Shown here: positions 47,353-56,867 of the stretch, in pieces
Layout of the letters: every line of letters begins with the position of its first letter
Position numbering within the stretch: the first letter of the stretch is position 1
From: Eubacteriales bacterium
Lineage (GTDB): Bacteria; Bacillota; Clostridia; Lachnospirales; Lachnospiraceae
Direction of reading: 5' to 3'
DNA length: 64,000 bases
NCBI GenBank assembly: GCA_030531385.1
Contig: JAUNNP010000001.1
Location: 18,402 to 82,401, forward strand
Program-made: the position numbers and the translations under genes
Notes under the pieces: generated by a model
The model's input: the letters and a program-made list of their open reading frames with translations, nothing else
Told to the model about the DNA's origin: nothing
Database searches by the model: none

Positions 47353-49407
47353 TTATGGGCCTTCCTGAACCGCCCCATCCGGTCCGTCTCCACCCGGACT
47401 GCTGCCGGATGGCGTCGGATCGGTCGACGGACTGCCTGCCGATCCAGGGCCATCAGTGCTTCCGCCTGATGATGTACCGTTTGACAGTGATCCCGGACCT
47501 TCAGTTGAAATGACAGGACCTGTAAACGAAGAATTAGTATCTACCGTATTCGCTGTTGCCGTCGGTGCCGTCGTACTTGAGGACGAACCCGGACTGCCGC
47601 CTGTGCCGCCTGTGCCGCCCGGTGTTGTCGACGTTCCCGAAGAAGCCGGTGCCTGCGGCGAATTATTTGTCAGATCTCCGGTCGCTTCCCTTGTCGGGTT
47701 GGTGTTGACATTTGAAGCGCTTCCGGGTCCTCCGGCATATTCATCATCCTCTGCTCCCGGAGAAAGCATTGAGTTTCCGCCCGGAATCGCATCCTCCGTT
47801 GAAAGCTCTGTTGGTCTCGACGACTCACGGATGATATTTCCGTCAGCATCGGTAGGATATACTACCTCTCCGTCCTCATCAGTAGGAACGATTATATTTC
47901 CGTCCTCATCGGTCGGATAGATATAATTACCGTCCTCATCAATTCCAAGCGTTACCTTCTGGCTCGAGCTGCTTCCTGATGAGCCTGACGAATCTGAGGA
48001 GGAATCTGAGGAGCCTTCCGTTTCCGTCTTTGGCTTCTGAATAACTCCTCCGTCTGTCGCGACAGATTCTATAAACTTGCCTTCTTTATACATATTGGAT
48101 TCTGATTTGATCCTCTCACTTATTGAAAGAACTGCGTCAGAAGGTGTATACGAAGTATCTCCGAACAGGAACTCATGAAGCTTTATTACGTTTGACTCAA
48201 GAGTAGTAGGTACTACACAGTCGCCCTTGCTTCCGACATTCGCATCAGCTCGTGACCATGGGAAGCCGCCTGTCTCAGCGATATTATACTGAGTGATATT
48301 CCGGGCCATTTCAATGATCTCGTTGAAATCAATATTGGTGGCAACCTGAGGGAAGCAGACTACCATGATATTATTGAGCACCGAGAATCCGGCTGTCTTG
48401 CACTTCTCAAAGCATGCCTTGATGACGTTTCTCTGTCTTTCTGTACGGGCAAAGTCATTGTCCATGTATCTGAGACGGCCATAGGCAACGGCCTGAACGC
48501 CGTCAAGATGCTGCTCTCCCGTATGGGTAAGCTGATATGAACCTATCTTTGTGACCTTAACGGTTTCGGTAATATAAGCATTTATATAATAAAGCTCTGC
48601 CTTGGAGATCGGTATATTATCCACGCCGCCGAGAATGTTGATGCCGTCCGCAACTGCCTTCCAGTTAAAGGCAACATAGCTCTGAATATTCAGATCCAGA
48701 TTCTTATTGAGCGCGGCAAGTGCCTGCTCCGGTCCGCCGAGGGCATAGGCCTGATTGATCTTGCTGTAGGAATTCTTCTCGGAGATATTGAGATAGGTAT
48801 CTCTGAATACGGACACCAGTTTTATGTCACCCGTATCCTTATTGATGCTGGCTATCATAATAACATCAGAGTTGAGACCTCTCTCGACCACATTGTTGCT
48901 TCGCGCGTCTACGCCAAATACAGCAATGTTCCAGTAGCCCTCCATCTCCTTCTTCTTCTCGAGGGAAATGTTGTTGTTCTCAATAGCTTCAAGTCTTACC
49001 TCAGGACGTGCGATAAGATTCCAGCTTCTGAGGAAATAACCATAGGCAAAAAATGCCGCAAGTGTAAATATCTCAATAACAGAACAGATAATGATCTTCT
49101 TTATTCTGGATTTCTTCTTGTTTTCTCTGTCCTTGTTGTATTGTTTTCTGTCAACACTCGAATCCACAGTATTAAGTACCTTGGGAGACTTCGTGCTGTG
49201 GTTCTTTTTATTCGGTCTTATGCCATCTGCGGCTTTCGCGCTTTTCTTTTCTTTTTCACGGACAAGCCCTTTTTCAAAGATCTTGTCCTCCATGCTGAGA
49301 TCCTCAAAGATATCATCAAAAGCTCCTGCAGTTGAATCTGCAGGTGCAGGGCTTTTTGCTTCGCTATCAATATCCAGGCTCTCAAAAATATCGTCGTCAG
49401 TATGCAT
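47353..49407 (-). CDS. LytR-CpsA-Psr (LCP) family glycopolymer-to-peptidoglycan phosphotransferase with a long disordered C-terminal tail
   Basis: 684 aa. Acidic/basic cytoplasmic N-terminus and a TM helix (IIICSVIEIFTLAAFFAYGYF). LCP core (NIAVFGVDARSN...SDVIMIASINKDTGDIKLVSVFRDTYLNI...). An approximately 230-aa Ser/Gly/Thr/Pro tail. Confidence 0.88.
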   Translation of the reverse strand: MHTDDDIFESLDIDSEAKSPAPADSTAGAFDDIFEDLSMEDKIFEKGLVREKEKKSAKAADGIRPNKKNHSTKSPKVLNTVDSSVDRKQYNKDRENKKKSRIKKIIICSVIEIFTLAAFFAYGYFLRSWNLIARPEVRLEAIENNNISLEKKKEMEGYWNIAVFGVDARSNNVVERGLNSDVIMIASINKDTGDIKLVSVFRDTYLNISEKNSYSKINQAYALGGPEQALAALNKNLDLNIQSYVAFNWKAVADGINILGGVDNIPISKAELYYINAYITETVKVTKIGSYQLTHTGEQHLDGVQAVAYGRLRYMDNDFARTERQRNVIKACFEKCKTAGFSVLNNIMVVCFPQVATNIDFNEIIEMARNITQYNIAETGGFPWSRADANVGSKGDCVVPTTLESNVIKLHEFLFGDTSYTPSDAVLSISERIKSESNMYKEGKFIESVATDGGVIQKPKTETEGSSDSSSDSSGSSGSSSSQKVTLGIDEDGNYIYPTDEDGNIIVPTDEDGEVVYPTDADGNIIRESSRPTELSTEDAIPGGNSMLSPGAEDDEYAGGPGSASNVNTNPTREATGDLTNNSPQAPASSGTSTTPGGTGGTGGSPGSSSSTTAPTATANTVDTNSSFTGPVISTEGPGSLSNGTSSGGSTDGPGSAGSPSTDPTPSGSSPGGDGPDGAVQEGP
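47821..47940 (-). repeat. Four exact-period 30-nt tandem repeats encoding D(E/A)DG(N/E)xxxxx decapeptides inside the LCP tail
   Basis: Units 47911-47940, 47881-47910, 47851-47880 and 47821-47850 encode DEDGNYIYPT, DEDGNIIVPT, DEDGEVVYPT and DADGNIIRES. Confidence 0.9.
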
Positions 49408-50821
49408 TTTTGAATCCTTTAAACAGTGTCTGGAACAATATTTTTATGTCCAGTCCCAATGTCCAGTTTTCTATATAATAAAGGTCGAACTCTATCCTTC
49501 TGCGGATCGAGGTATCGCCTCTCAGACCATTCACCTGTGCCCATCCGGTAATACCCGGGCGTACCTGATGCTTGATCATGTAACGTGGAATTTCTTCCTT
49601 GAATTTTTCTACAAATTGAGGTCTCTCGGGTCTCGGACCCACAAGACTCATATCTCCTTTAAGCACATTTACAAACTGCGGCATCTCGTCAATATTGAAT
49701 CTTCTGATGAATCTGCCCACAGGCGTAACTCTGGGATCTCCCTTTACAGTCCATCTTGCAGCCTCCTCCTCAGGAGTCTGTACGTACATGGATCTGAACT
49801 TATACATCTTAAATGGCTTATTGTGAAGTCCGACCCTTTCCTGATGGAAAATGACCGGTCCCTTGCTTGTAAGCTTTATAAGTATAACAGTAACAAGCAT
49901 TATAGGACTGAATATAACGATCGCAAACAGTGCTCCGATAATATCGATCAGTCTCTTAAGCGCTGCATTAAGCGGATTCGTAAGAGGCACATGTCGAATG
50001 TGCACTACAGGAAGTCCTTCAAGGTCCTCGGTATAAGGCGTTGTCGGAATGATATTATGATAATCCGGTATAAACATCGTATGTACTCCGGATTTTTCAC
50101 ATATATTGACTACCGGCTCAAGATACATATATTTCTCAAGCGGAAGAGTAACTATGATCTCATCAAAATCATTCTGCTCCAATATATTCCGAAGATCCGA
50201 AAGATCTCCAAGCACCTCTACTCCTGCCTGTGTGCTTCCCTTTTCAAGCGAATCGGAAAGTATTCCGTGTATCTTATAGCCCCACTCCGGGTTTTCTTTG
50301 TTCCTTTTAATGAACCCAAGGGCGGCCTCTGAGTATCCGATAAGCAGAAGATGCTTCTGATTGAAGCCCTTTGATCTGGCCTTATACAGCGTCATCCTCA
50401 GAATATTTCTGAAAATCGTCTCAATAATAATATTGAGGCCAAAAAAAGCCACGATCATCCTGGTGGAGAAATTCCTCAGGTAAGGACCGGCATTCTGAAG
50501 GTTTCGTCCTGCGTAAAGAACGAACGTGATGACCATCAGACCGGTAATGTTGGCTTTACAGATATTGGCAAACTCTCTTCGCCTTGACTGGATACGTTTA
50601 GGGGTATAAAGTCTGAAGACGCCATACAGTATCAGATACAGCGGTATTATAACATAAAGCGCCCTGAAGTAAATTTCAGCAGGCAAAGCTCCCGGTGTTC
50701 CTGCATCTCCCATCCTGTATCCTATGATAATATAAAAGGAAAGACTATAGGCAGCTGCGATCACCAGGGCATCAAGCAGCACATGTATAAAATTAAGTAT
50801 TGATTGATTGTTCTTAATCAT
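49397..50821 (-). CDS. Polyprenyl-phosphate hexose-1-phosphate transferase (WbaP/EpsL-type initiating sugar transferase)
   Basis: 474 aa. Four N-terminal TM helices and a central Rossmann-like domain. C-terminal bacterial sugar transferase motifs PVIFHQERVGLHNKPFKMYKFRSM and DEMPQFVNVLKGDMSLVGPRP. Confidence 0.9.
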   Translation of the reverse strand: MIKNNQSILNFIHVLLDALVIAAAYSLSFYIIIGYRMGDAGTPGALPAEIYFRALYVIIPLYLILYGVFRLYTPKRIQSRRREFANICKANITGLMVITFVLYAGRNLQNAGPYLRNFSTRMIVAFFGLNIIIETIFRNILRMTLYKARSKGFNQKHLLLIGYSEAALGFIKRNKENPEWGYKIHGILSDSLEKGSTQAGVEVLGDLSDLRNILEQNDFDEIIVTLPLEKYMYLEPVVNICEKSGVHTMFIPDYHNIIPTTPYTEDLEGLPVVHIRHVPLTNPLNAALKRLIDIIGALFAIVIFSPIMLVTVILIKLTSKGPVIFHQERVGLHNKPFKMYKFRSMYVQTPEEEAARWTVKGDPRVTPVGRFIRRFNIDEMPQFVNVLKGDMSLVGPRPERPQFVEKFKEEIPRYMIKHQVRPGITGWAQVNGLRGDTSIRRRIEFDLYYIENWTLGLDIKILFQTLFKGFKNAY

Positions 50822-50885
50822 TTAAAAGTCATTATACAATAGACATCTGCATTAAACTTTTATGTTTTTCTTAAGTTTACAGCTA

Positions 50886-53240
50886 TTAATTAAGTCCGCG
50901 CCTCTGTTTTTCCCTGAGAACTGTACTTAACTGCTTCTCGACGTCTAATTCAAGCTTGTACGGCTCGCCCGGCTTTTCCTTTGTCAGATCTCTCAGGGCA
51001 AAATTTGCCTTACGCAGAGTCAGATTCGGATTATAATACGGATCACCGTGCTCTAATATTTCACCCCAGTTATGGGCAAAAACAGCGATCTCATTATTAA
51101 ATCTCCGCACCTTCTCAGGTGTATCCTCAAGTCCTCTTGACTTTGACTCATAATGGTGGAAGGTAACATATGGATCATATATTACCAGCTTGCCAAGGGC
51201 TCTCACCTTCATGCAAAGATCTATATCGTTAAATGCTACGGCAAGCTCCTCCCTGAAGCCGCCCACTGCTTCAAAGACCTCTTTTCTCATCATAAGGCAG
51301 GCTGCCGTGACTGCGCTTAAGTCCTGAACGCACATCATTCTGTGCATATATGAATTCTCTTTTTCATGCAGTCCTACAAATGCTGCTCCGGCAATTCCTC
51401 CAAGTCCGACTATGACACCCGCATGCTGTATCGTATCATCACCATACATAAGTCTGGCTCCGACAATGCCTGTACTCTTTCTTGAGGCATAGTTCACCAT
51501 CTGGGTTATGGACTCGGGAGCTATGAGCTCCACATCATTATTTAAGAAAAGAAGGTAATCTCCGGAGGCATGCCCTACTCCGAAATTATTAATGGCAGAA
51601 TAATTGAACTCTCTTTCCCAATAAACCACCTTGACGGCAATTTCGGGATCAAGTCCTTCATGCTTCATTATTTTCTCATAATAATCAAAGGTATCGCTCT
51701 CGGTCGAATTATTCTCAACGATAACAAATTCAATGTTTCTGTACTCCGAAAGGCGGTCTATAGACCTGATGCACTTATCAAGATCGTCAATATGATCCTT
51801 GTTCGGAATTATTATGGAAACGAGCGGTGAAGCTGCGTCCGGCTTTGCAAAGGTCGTGTGGTAATAGCCAAAGGTCACTCCCTTTTCAACATCCTTATAC
51901 GGTATTCCCATACGGTCATAGTGTGCCTTTACCGCCCTGCTGCCCGCTTCAAAAGCATAAAGCTTTGCCTTTGGATCTGAGGCCGTTGAGCCCTTGTGAT
52001 ATCTCCAGTGATAGCAGATGACCGGAATGTGTATGACAGTCTCCGAGGTGTAGCGTCCCTCAGCCAGCTTCTTTAAGGATCCTTCACTAAGCTCTTTATC
52101 CTCTGCCGGGTCTTCCTTTCCCTCTGTCGCGTTTTCAAGGCAGCGGAAAAAGAAGTCATGATCCTGGGCTCCGTCAAATTCCTCGCGGAATCCGCCTGTT
52201 TTTTCCAGAAGATCACGTCTTATAACGCTTAAGTGACAGATATAGTTGACGCTTGTCAGCATTTCCATATTGAGGTCTGACTTAAAATGCGGCTCAAATA
52301 AAGCTCTTCCGTCGAAGTCTATTTTGTCCTCATCCGTATAGATAAACTGTGCCTTTGGGTTTGCCGCTATGGCCTTTACCACCTCAAAAAGAGCCCAGGG
52401 CGGAAGCTCATCGTCGTGATCGCAAAGAGCGATATAATCTCCTGAGGCCGCTTTAAGTCCCGCATTCGTATTTCCGGAAATGCCGAGATTGCCGCCAAGA
52501 AGAAGGAGTTTAAAACGCTCAGGGTCTCTTGCGGCGTACTTTTTCACAGTCTCAGCGACAGAAGTATTTCCCGGTTCTGAGCCGTCCGCGATAATGGCCT
52601 CAAAGTTTGGATAGGTCTGTGCTTCAAAGGAATCGAGCAGCATCCCCATATATTTTTCAGGTGTATTGTAAGCCGGAACGACAATGCTTATAAGCGGGTA
52701 TTTCTCAAGCTCCAGCTTTTTCCAGGCCTCGCGCTGTGCTTCTATCTCCTCATCCGAAAGCACTGTTTTAAACTGCCACTCGGCATAATCATAGTCCTCA
52801 TCGATCTTCTGTATCTTGTGTATGGCCTTCTTCCAGAATGCTCTCAGTCCATTTTCCTTTATAAAGTCCCAGGATACGGTCAGTGTCTCGAAATGGACAA
52901 GGGCCACGAGCTTTTCCCAGCGCTTTGCCTTTATGGAATTTCTTTTCTCGATAATAACATTGTTTACGCGGACCTTTCTTACGTCGCTTCCGTCTTTCAT
53001 GACAAGCCACGCATCCCGGTCGCGCTCAAACGGGGCCGCAACCGTGAAGCCGCACATACGGTCGGCGCCAAACTGCTGCATAACATCGACACGGTCACGC
53101 GCGACAGCTGTGCACTTCATGGGAGTTCCGCTTTTGTCTACGACCGAATATTCTATTTTATCCGTCTTTGAAGGAATGCACCAGCCCTCAAGCATAAGCA
53201 CACCATCCCTCAGACTCATCGAATCTACTTTATATCTCAT
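50886..53240 (-). CDS. Bifunctional family-2 glycosyltransferase (two GT2 domains plus an N-terminal ~170-aa domain)
   Basis: 784 aa. GT2 domain 1: ISIVVPAYNTPEKYMGMLLDSFEAQTYPNFEAIIADGS...CDHDDE. GT2 domain 2: VSIIIPNKDHIDDLDKCIRSI...FVIVENNS...LFLNNDVE. Confidence 0.88.
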   Translation of the reverse strand: MRYKVDSMSLRDGVLMLEGWCIPSKTDKIEYSVVDKSGTPMKCTAVARDRVDVMQQFGADRMCGFTVAAPFERDRDAWLVMKDGSDVRKVRVNNVIIEKRNSIKAKRWEKLVALVHFETLTVSWDFIKENGLRAFWKKAIHKIQKIDEDYDYAEWQFKTVLSDEEIEAQREAWKKLELEKYPLISIVVPAYNTPEKYMGMLLDSFEAQTYPNFEAIIADGSEPGNTSVAETVKKYAARDPERFKLLLLGGNLGISGNTNAGLKAASGDYIALCDHDDELPPWALFEVVKAIAANPKAQFIYTDEDKIDFDGRALFEPHFKSDLNMEMLTSVNYICHLSVIRRDLLEKTGGFREEFDGAQDHDFFFRCLENATEGKEDPAEDKELSEGSLKKLAEGRYTSETVIHIPVICYHWRYHKGSTASDPKAKLYAFEAGSRAVKAHYDRMGIPYKDVEKGVTFGYYHTTFAKPDAASPLVSIIIPNKDHIDDLDKCIRSIDRLSEYRNIEFVIVENNSTESDTFDYYEKIMKHEGLDPEIAVKVVYWEREFNYSAINNFGVGHASGDYLLFLNNDVELIAPESITQMVNYASRKSTGIVGARLMYGDDTIQHAGVIVGLGGIAGAAFVGLHEKENSYMHRMMCVQDLSAVTAACLMMRKEVFEAVGGFREELAVAFNDIDLCMKVRALGKLVIYDPYVTFHHYESKSRGLEDTPEKVRRFNNEIAVFAHNWGEILEHGDPYYNPNLTLRKANFALRDLTKEKPGEPYKLELDVEKQLSTVLREKQRRGLN

Positions 53241-53271
53241 TGACCGATCCCAATCGCCCGGACGGGCATCA

Positions 53272-54306
53272 TTATATGTGTCTGATCAGAAAATCCTGTA
53301 TATATGAAAATGTATCCCCGATCAGCATTATTTCTATCTTTATATAATTAAAAAGCCTGGACAGCCTGAAGGCTGTTTTATGCTTTCCGCATTCAGGAAG
53401 TGTCCTTATGCCTTCGGCAAAGCCCGACGCGTAATCCTTTCCAAAGCCCAGCTTTGCGAAAAACAGCAGCTTTATCACGGCTCCGCAGAGGATCCCGGGA
53501 AGGTTTAAGAGCAGCATCAGAAACGGCATATTCTTGTAATTAAGATAAACATTATTTCTTGCCGCAAGCCTTACCTTAAACTTATTATATTTTGAACCGC
53601 TTGTTCCGCTGCCAACATGGTATACCACAGAATCCGGAAGATATACAATATCATATCCGAAAATTCTCGCCCTGAAGGATATATCAAGATCCTCAAGATA
53701 AGCAAAATGCAGAGGATCAAAATATGCGTCTTTTTCAGAAAGCTTTATCTCCTCAAGCACCGATCTTCTGTAACCGGCTGCACCCGCGCAGGCTGAAAAT
53801 ACATTTGTGCGCTTTTCAAACTTTTTGGTTTCTGTCTTTTGTCCGACACCGCGCTGGAAAGCCCAGCCAAGAAGATTGTATCCGTCTCCGGCATCATCGA
53901 GGAGATCCTTGTGATAAAGCTGTATCATCTTCGGGGAAACCGCAAAGAGCTTCTTTTCCTTATCCGCTTCAAAGGCCTCCGCGATCTTCTTTATATAATC
54001 AGGATCCGCTTCGGTATCATTGTTAAGCAGTATGACATACTCTGTGTCCGAGGCTGCGATACCGGTATTTACTGCTCCGGAAAAGCCTGTATTTGAATCA
54101 AGAAAAATATTCTTTATTTTCAGCCCGGTCTCTGTCTTTTCGAGTTCCTCAAGGTATTCCCTTGATCCGTCGCTCGAGCCATTGTCAACATTAAGCACAA
54201 CAAAAGAATTGTATGACTGCCTTCTTAAAGCAGCCATACAGTTCTCCATGAATTTAAGTCCGTTATAATTAGGTATTACTACCGTAAATTTAGGGTCACT
54301 TAGCAT
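53272..54306 (-). CDS. Family-2 glycosyltransferase (rhamnosyltransferase-like)
   Basis: 344 aa. FTVVIPNYNGLKFMENCMAALRRQSY...VDNGSSDGS and ILLNNDTE. C-terminal TM helices. The ATG lies 11 nt inside the 3' end of deoB. Confidence 0.85.
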   Translation of the reverse strand: MLSDPKFTVVIPNYNGLKFMENCMAALRRQSYNSFVVLNVDNGSSDGSREYLEELEKTETGLKIKNIFLDSNTGFSGAVNTGIAASDTEYVILLNNDTEADPDYIKKIAEAFEADKEKKLFAVSPKMIQLYHKDLLDDAGDGYNLLGWAFQRGVGQKTETKKFEKRTNVFSACAGAAGYRRSVLEEIKLSEKDAYFDPLHFAYLEDLDISFRARIFGYDIVYLPDSVVYHVGSGTSGSKYNKFKVRLAARNNVYLNYKNMPFLMLLLNLPGILCGAVIKLLFFAKLGFGKDYASGFAEGIRTLPECGKHKTAFRLSRLFNYIKIEIMLIGDTFSYIQDFLIRHI

Positions 54307-55534
54307 AAATATCTTTTAAAAATCCTGTCCCGGTAATATTCTCAGGGGATATGCCGAACATCTCGAGTATGGTGGCTCCGATACTGCCAAAGCACTTTCT
54401 TGTGCCAAGGTCCACTCCGGACTTGAGCATTTTACCATACATCAGCAGAGGAATATACTCTCTCGTGTGATCGGTGCCCTTAAAACCGGGGTCGCAGCCG
54501 TGGTCGGCTGTGATCATTATCACATCGGTATCCTTCATAATAGATAGCATCTCACCGAGCCGTTTGTCAAATGCGCTTACAGCTTCTGCATACCCGTCTA
54601 TATCTCTCCTGTGACCGTATATGCTGTCGGTTTCAACAAGATTCACAAAGCAGAGCCCCTTAAAGTCCTCCTTCATGATAGCTAAGGTCTTGTCCATACC
54701 GTCCTCGTTGGACGCTGACGGCGTTGTTAATTTTGTCTCAAGCCCTTTTCCCGCGAATATATCCCTTATCTTTCCGACACCTATGGCGGCAAGTCCATGA
54801 GCTGTAAGCTCATCGAGCATCGTTGTCATTGGCGGAAGCATAGAAAAATCATGTCTGTGTGAGCCTACACGCGCAAAATCCGAAGGATCCTTTCCGACAA
54901 ACGGTCTGGCTATTACTCTCCCCACTCCGTGCGGCCCCTTTAGTATCTCCCTTGCTATGCGGCAGTATCTGTAGAGCTCCTCCGGAGGAACTATTTCCTC
55001 ATGCGCGGCGATCTGGAATACAGAATCCGCGGAAGTATATACTATGAGCTTACCCGTCTTAAGGTGCTCCATTCCATAATCCTTAATGACCTCTGTTCCG
55101 GAATACGGAAGATTGCAGAGCGTACCTCTTCCCGTCTGCTTCTCAAATTCTTCTATTATTTCCTTAGGAAATCCATCGGGATAAGTCGGAAATGGCTTAG
55201 GCATAACAAGCCCCGATATCTCCCAGTGTCCCGCTGTGGTATCCTTACCGGCCGTAACCTCCTCAAAACGCCCGAAAACACCTGTCGGAAGCGATGGGCA
55301 CGGCTCACCGGAAATCTCCTTATGCTTATCCTCGCGATAATATTTCTCGCCCTTTTTAAAGCCGTCTATTGAAAACAGCCCCATTTTTTCCATATTCGGG
55401 CAGTCAAATTCAGGCGAGTAGCTGATAGTATTAAGAGTATTTGAACCCTCATCGCCAAAGCTTCCGGCATCGGGTGCGCTGCCGCAGCCCATACTGTCAA
55501 CGACCATCAAAAAGACTCTGTCAATGCCATTCAT
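54296..55534 (-). CDS. deoB: Phosphopentomutase
   Basis: 412 aa. [13 protein letters not shown] metal/nucleophile region, ...[13 protein letters not shown]..., ...ITADHGCDP.... Confidence 0.93.
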   Translation of the reverse strand: MNGIDRVFLMVVDSMGCGSAPDAGSFGDEGSNTLNTISYSPEFDCPNMEKMGLFSIDGFKKGEKYYREDKHKEISGEPCPSLPTGVFGRFEEVTAGKDTTAGHWEISGLVMPKPFPTYPDGFPKEIIEEFEKQTGRGTLCNLPYSGTEVIKDYGMEHLKTGKLIVYTSADSVFQIAAHEEIVPPEELYRYCRIAREILKGPHGVGRVIARPFVGKDPSDFARVGSHRHDFSMLPPMTTMLDELTAHGLAAIGVGKIRDIFAGKGLETKLTTPSASNEDGMDKTLAIMKEDFKGLCFVNLVETDSIYGHRRDIDGYAEAVSAFDKRLGEMLSIMKDTDVIMITADHGCDPGFKGTDHTREYIPLLMYGKMLKSGVDLGTRKCFGSIGATILEMFGISPENITGTGFLKDIYAK

Positions 55535-56328
55535 GCCTTCACCTGCTTCCTTCTGTCCTCCCTTATAAGAACACGTACCGCCTCTATCGCGGCCTTTATG
55601 GCCTTATCGGTATCATAGGCCTGCGGATCCGGAAGTCCCTTAGCGCGTCTTGTCTGATTGGCGATCACATGCAGCACCGCGCCGCATCTTACGCCCCGAA
55701 GTGCAGCGACTGTAAACAATGCCGCCGACTCCATCTCCGAGCAGAGCGCTCCAAGTCTCACCCACGCATCCCACTTTTCGGAAAGCAGCGGAACTGCTGC
55801 CATGGATGACGGGTCATGCTGCCCATAGAAGCTGTCCTTACACTGCACAACTCCCATATGGTATCTGAAGCCAAGACTTTCAGCTCCCTCCTTTAAGGCA
55901 GCCGAAACATCAAAATCCGAAACAGCAGGCCACTCTATCGGTGCATATTCCTTTGAAGTACCCTCCATGCGGATGGCGCCTGTGGCTATGCAGATGTCAT
56001 CACCCATCACATCCTCCCGCATGCCTCCCGAGGTCCCAACTCTGATAAAGGTATCGGCACCGCAGTGGATAAGCTCCTCCATGGCTATCGAAGCAGACGG
56101 TCCGCCTATTCCCGTTGAGGTAACGCTCACCTTTTCTCCGTCTATAGTCCCTGTGTAGGTAACATATTCGCGATTTTGCGATACAAATGCCGGCTCATCA
56201 AAATACTGTGCTATCTTCTCGCATCTGCCGGGGTCACCGGGAAGGATAACATACCTTCCGACCTCACCCTTCTTTACATGGATATGATATTCACCTTCGT
56301 CATTTTTATATGCAAGTGCCATAAGCAT
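55531..56328 (-). CDS. udp: Uridine phosphorylase-type nucleoside phosphorylase (PNP/UDP-1 family)
   Basis: 265 aa. [31 protein letters not shown] and [10 protein letters not shown] motifs. ATGA overlap with deoB. Confidence 0.8.
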   Translation of the reverse strand: MLMALAYKNDEGEYHIHVKKGEVGRYVILPGDPGRCEKIAQYFDEPAFVSQNREYVTYTGTIDGEKVSVTSTGIGGPSASIAMEELIHCGADTFIRVGTSGGMREDVMGDDICIATGAIRMEGTSKEYAPIEWPAVSDFDVSAALKEGAESLGFRYHMGVVQCKDSFYGQHDPSSMAAVPLLSEKWDAWVRLGALCSEMESAALFTVAALRGVRCGAVLHVIANQTRRAKGLPDPQAYDTDKAIKAAIEAVRVLIREDRRKQVKA

Positions 56329-56379
56329 TTCCCCCGTTTCACAGATGTGCCCGTAAGTTCAGGTAATATTTCTATAATG

Positions 56380-56817
56380 TCAGGCCTCGAGTGCTTTGAT
56401 CTTATCTACGCGCATAGCATGGCGCTCACCGAGGAAGGATGCGCCGAGGAACTCGTCCACGATCATCTTCGCAAGCTCCGGACCCACGATGCGCGCGCCG
56501 AAGCAAAGTACGTTTGCATCATTATGCATGCGGCTCATCTTGGCACTGTATGGCTCTGAGCAGCATACCGCGCGGATGCCCTTTATCTTGTTGGCGGCGA
56601 TCGACATACCCACTCCGCTTCCGCAGATAAGTATTCCGAGCTCAGCATTTCCCGCTGTGACCTCAAGGCCCACCTTCTTCGCGTAGTCCGGATAATCCGC
56701 TCTTTCACCCGCAAAGCAGCCGAGATCATTTACCTCATGGCCAAGCTCTGTAAGATAATCCCTGATAAAATCCTTCATTTCAACTGCCGCGTGATCATTT
56801 GCAATAGCGATCTTCAT
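56380..56817 (-). CDS. rpiB: Ribose-5-phosphate isomerase B (RpiB/LacAB family)
   Basis: The ATG at 56815-56817 (GGAGGA 4-5 nt upstream) gives MKIAIANDHAAVEMK.... The tracked start at 56829 lies inside that SD. GILICGSGVGMSIAANK. Confidence 0.9.
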   Translation of the reverse strand: MKIAIANDHAAVEMKDFIRDYLTELGHEVNDLGCFAGERADYPDYAKKVGLEVTAGNAELGILICGSGVGMSIAANKIKGIRAVCCSEPYSAKMSRMHNDANVLCFGARIVGPELAKMIVDEFLGASFLGERHAMRVDKIKALEA

Positions 56818-56867
56818 CCTGTCCTCCATGCCCTTAAAGGGCTTTATCTGTAAATGCTGCCCGCGTT

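Noticed and set aside
49091-50332. A 413-aa plus-strand ORF spanning the LCP/WbaP junction.
   Set aside because: It is entirely antisense to two well-supported minus-strand genes. Its composition (Ser/Leu/Phe/Ile/Cys/His/Arg-rich) is typical of antisense-frame translation. It has no SD or promoter and no recognisable domain. I treat it as a shadow ORF of codon-biased genes.
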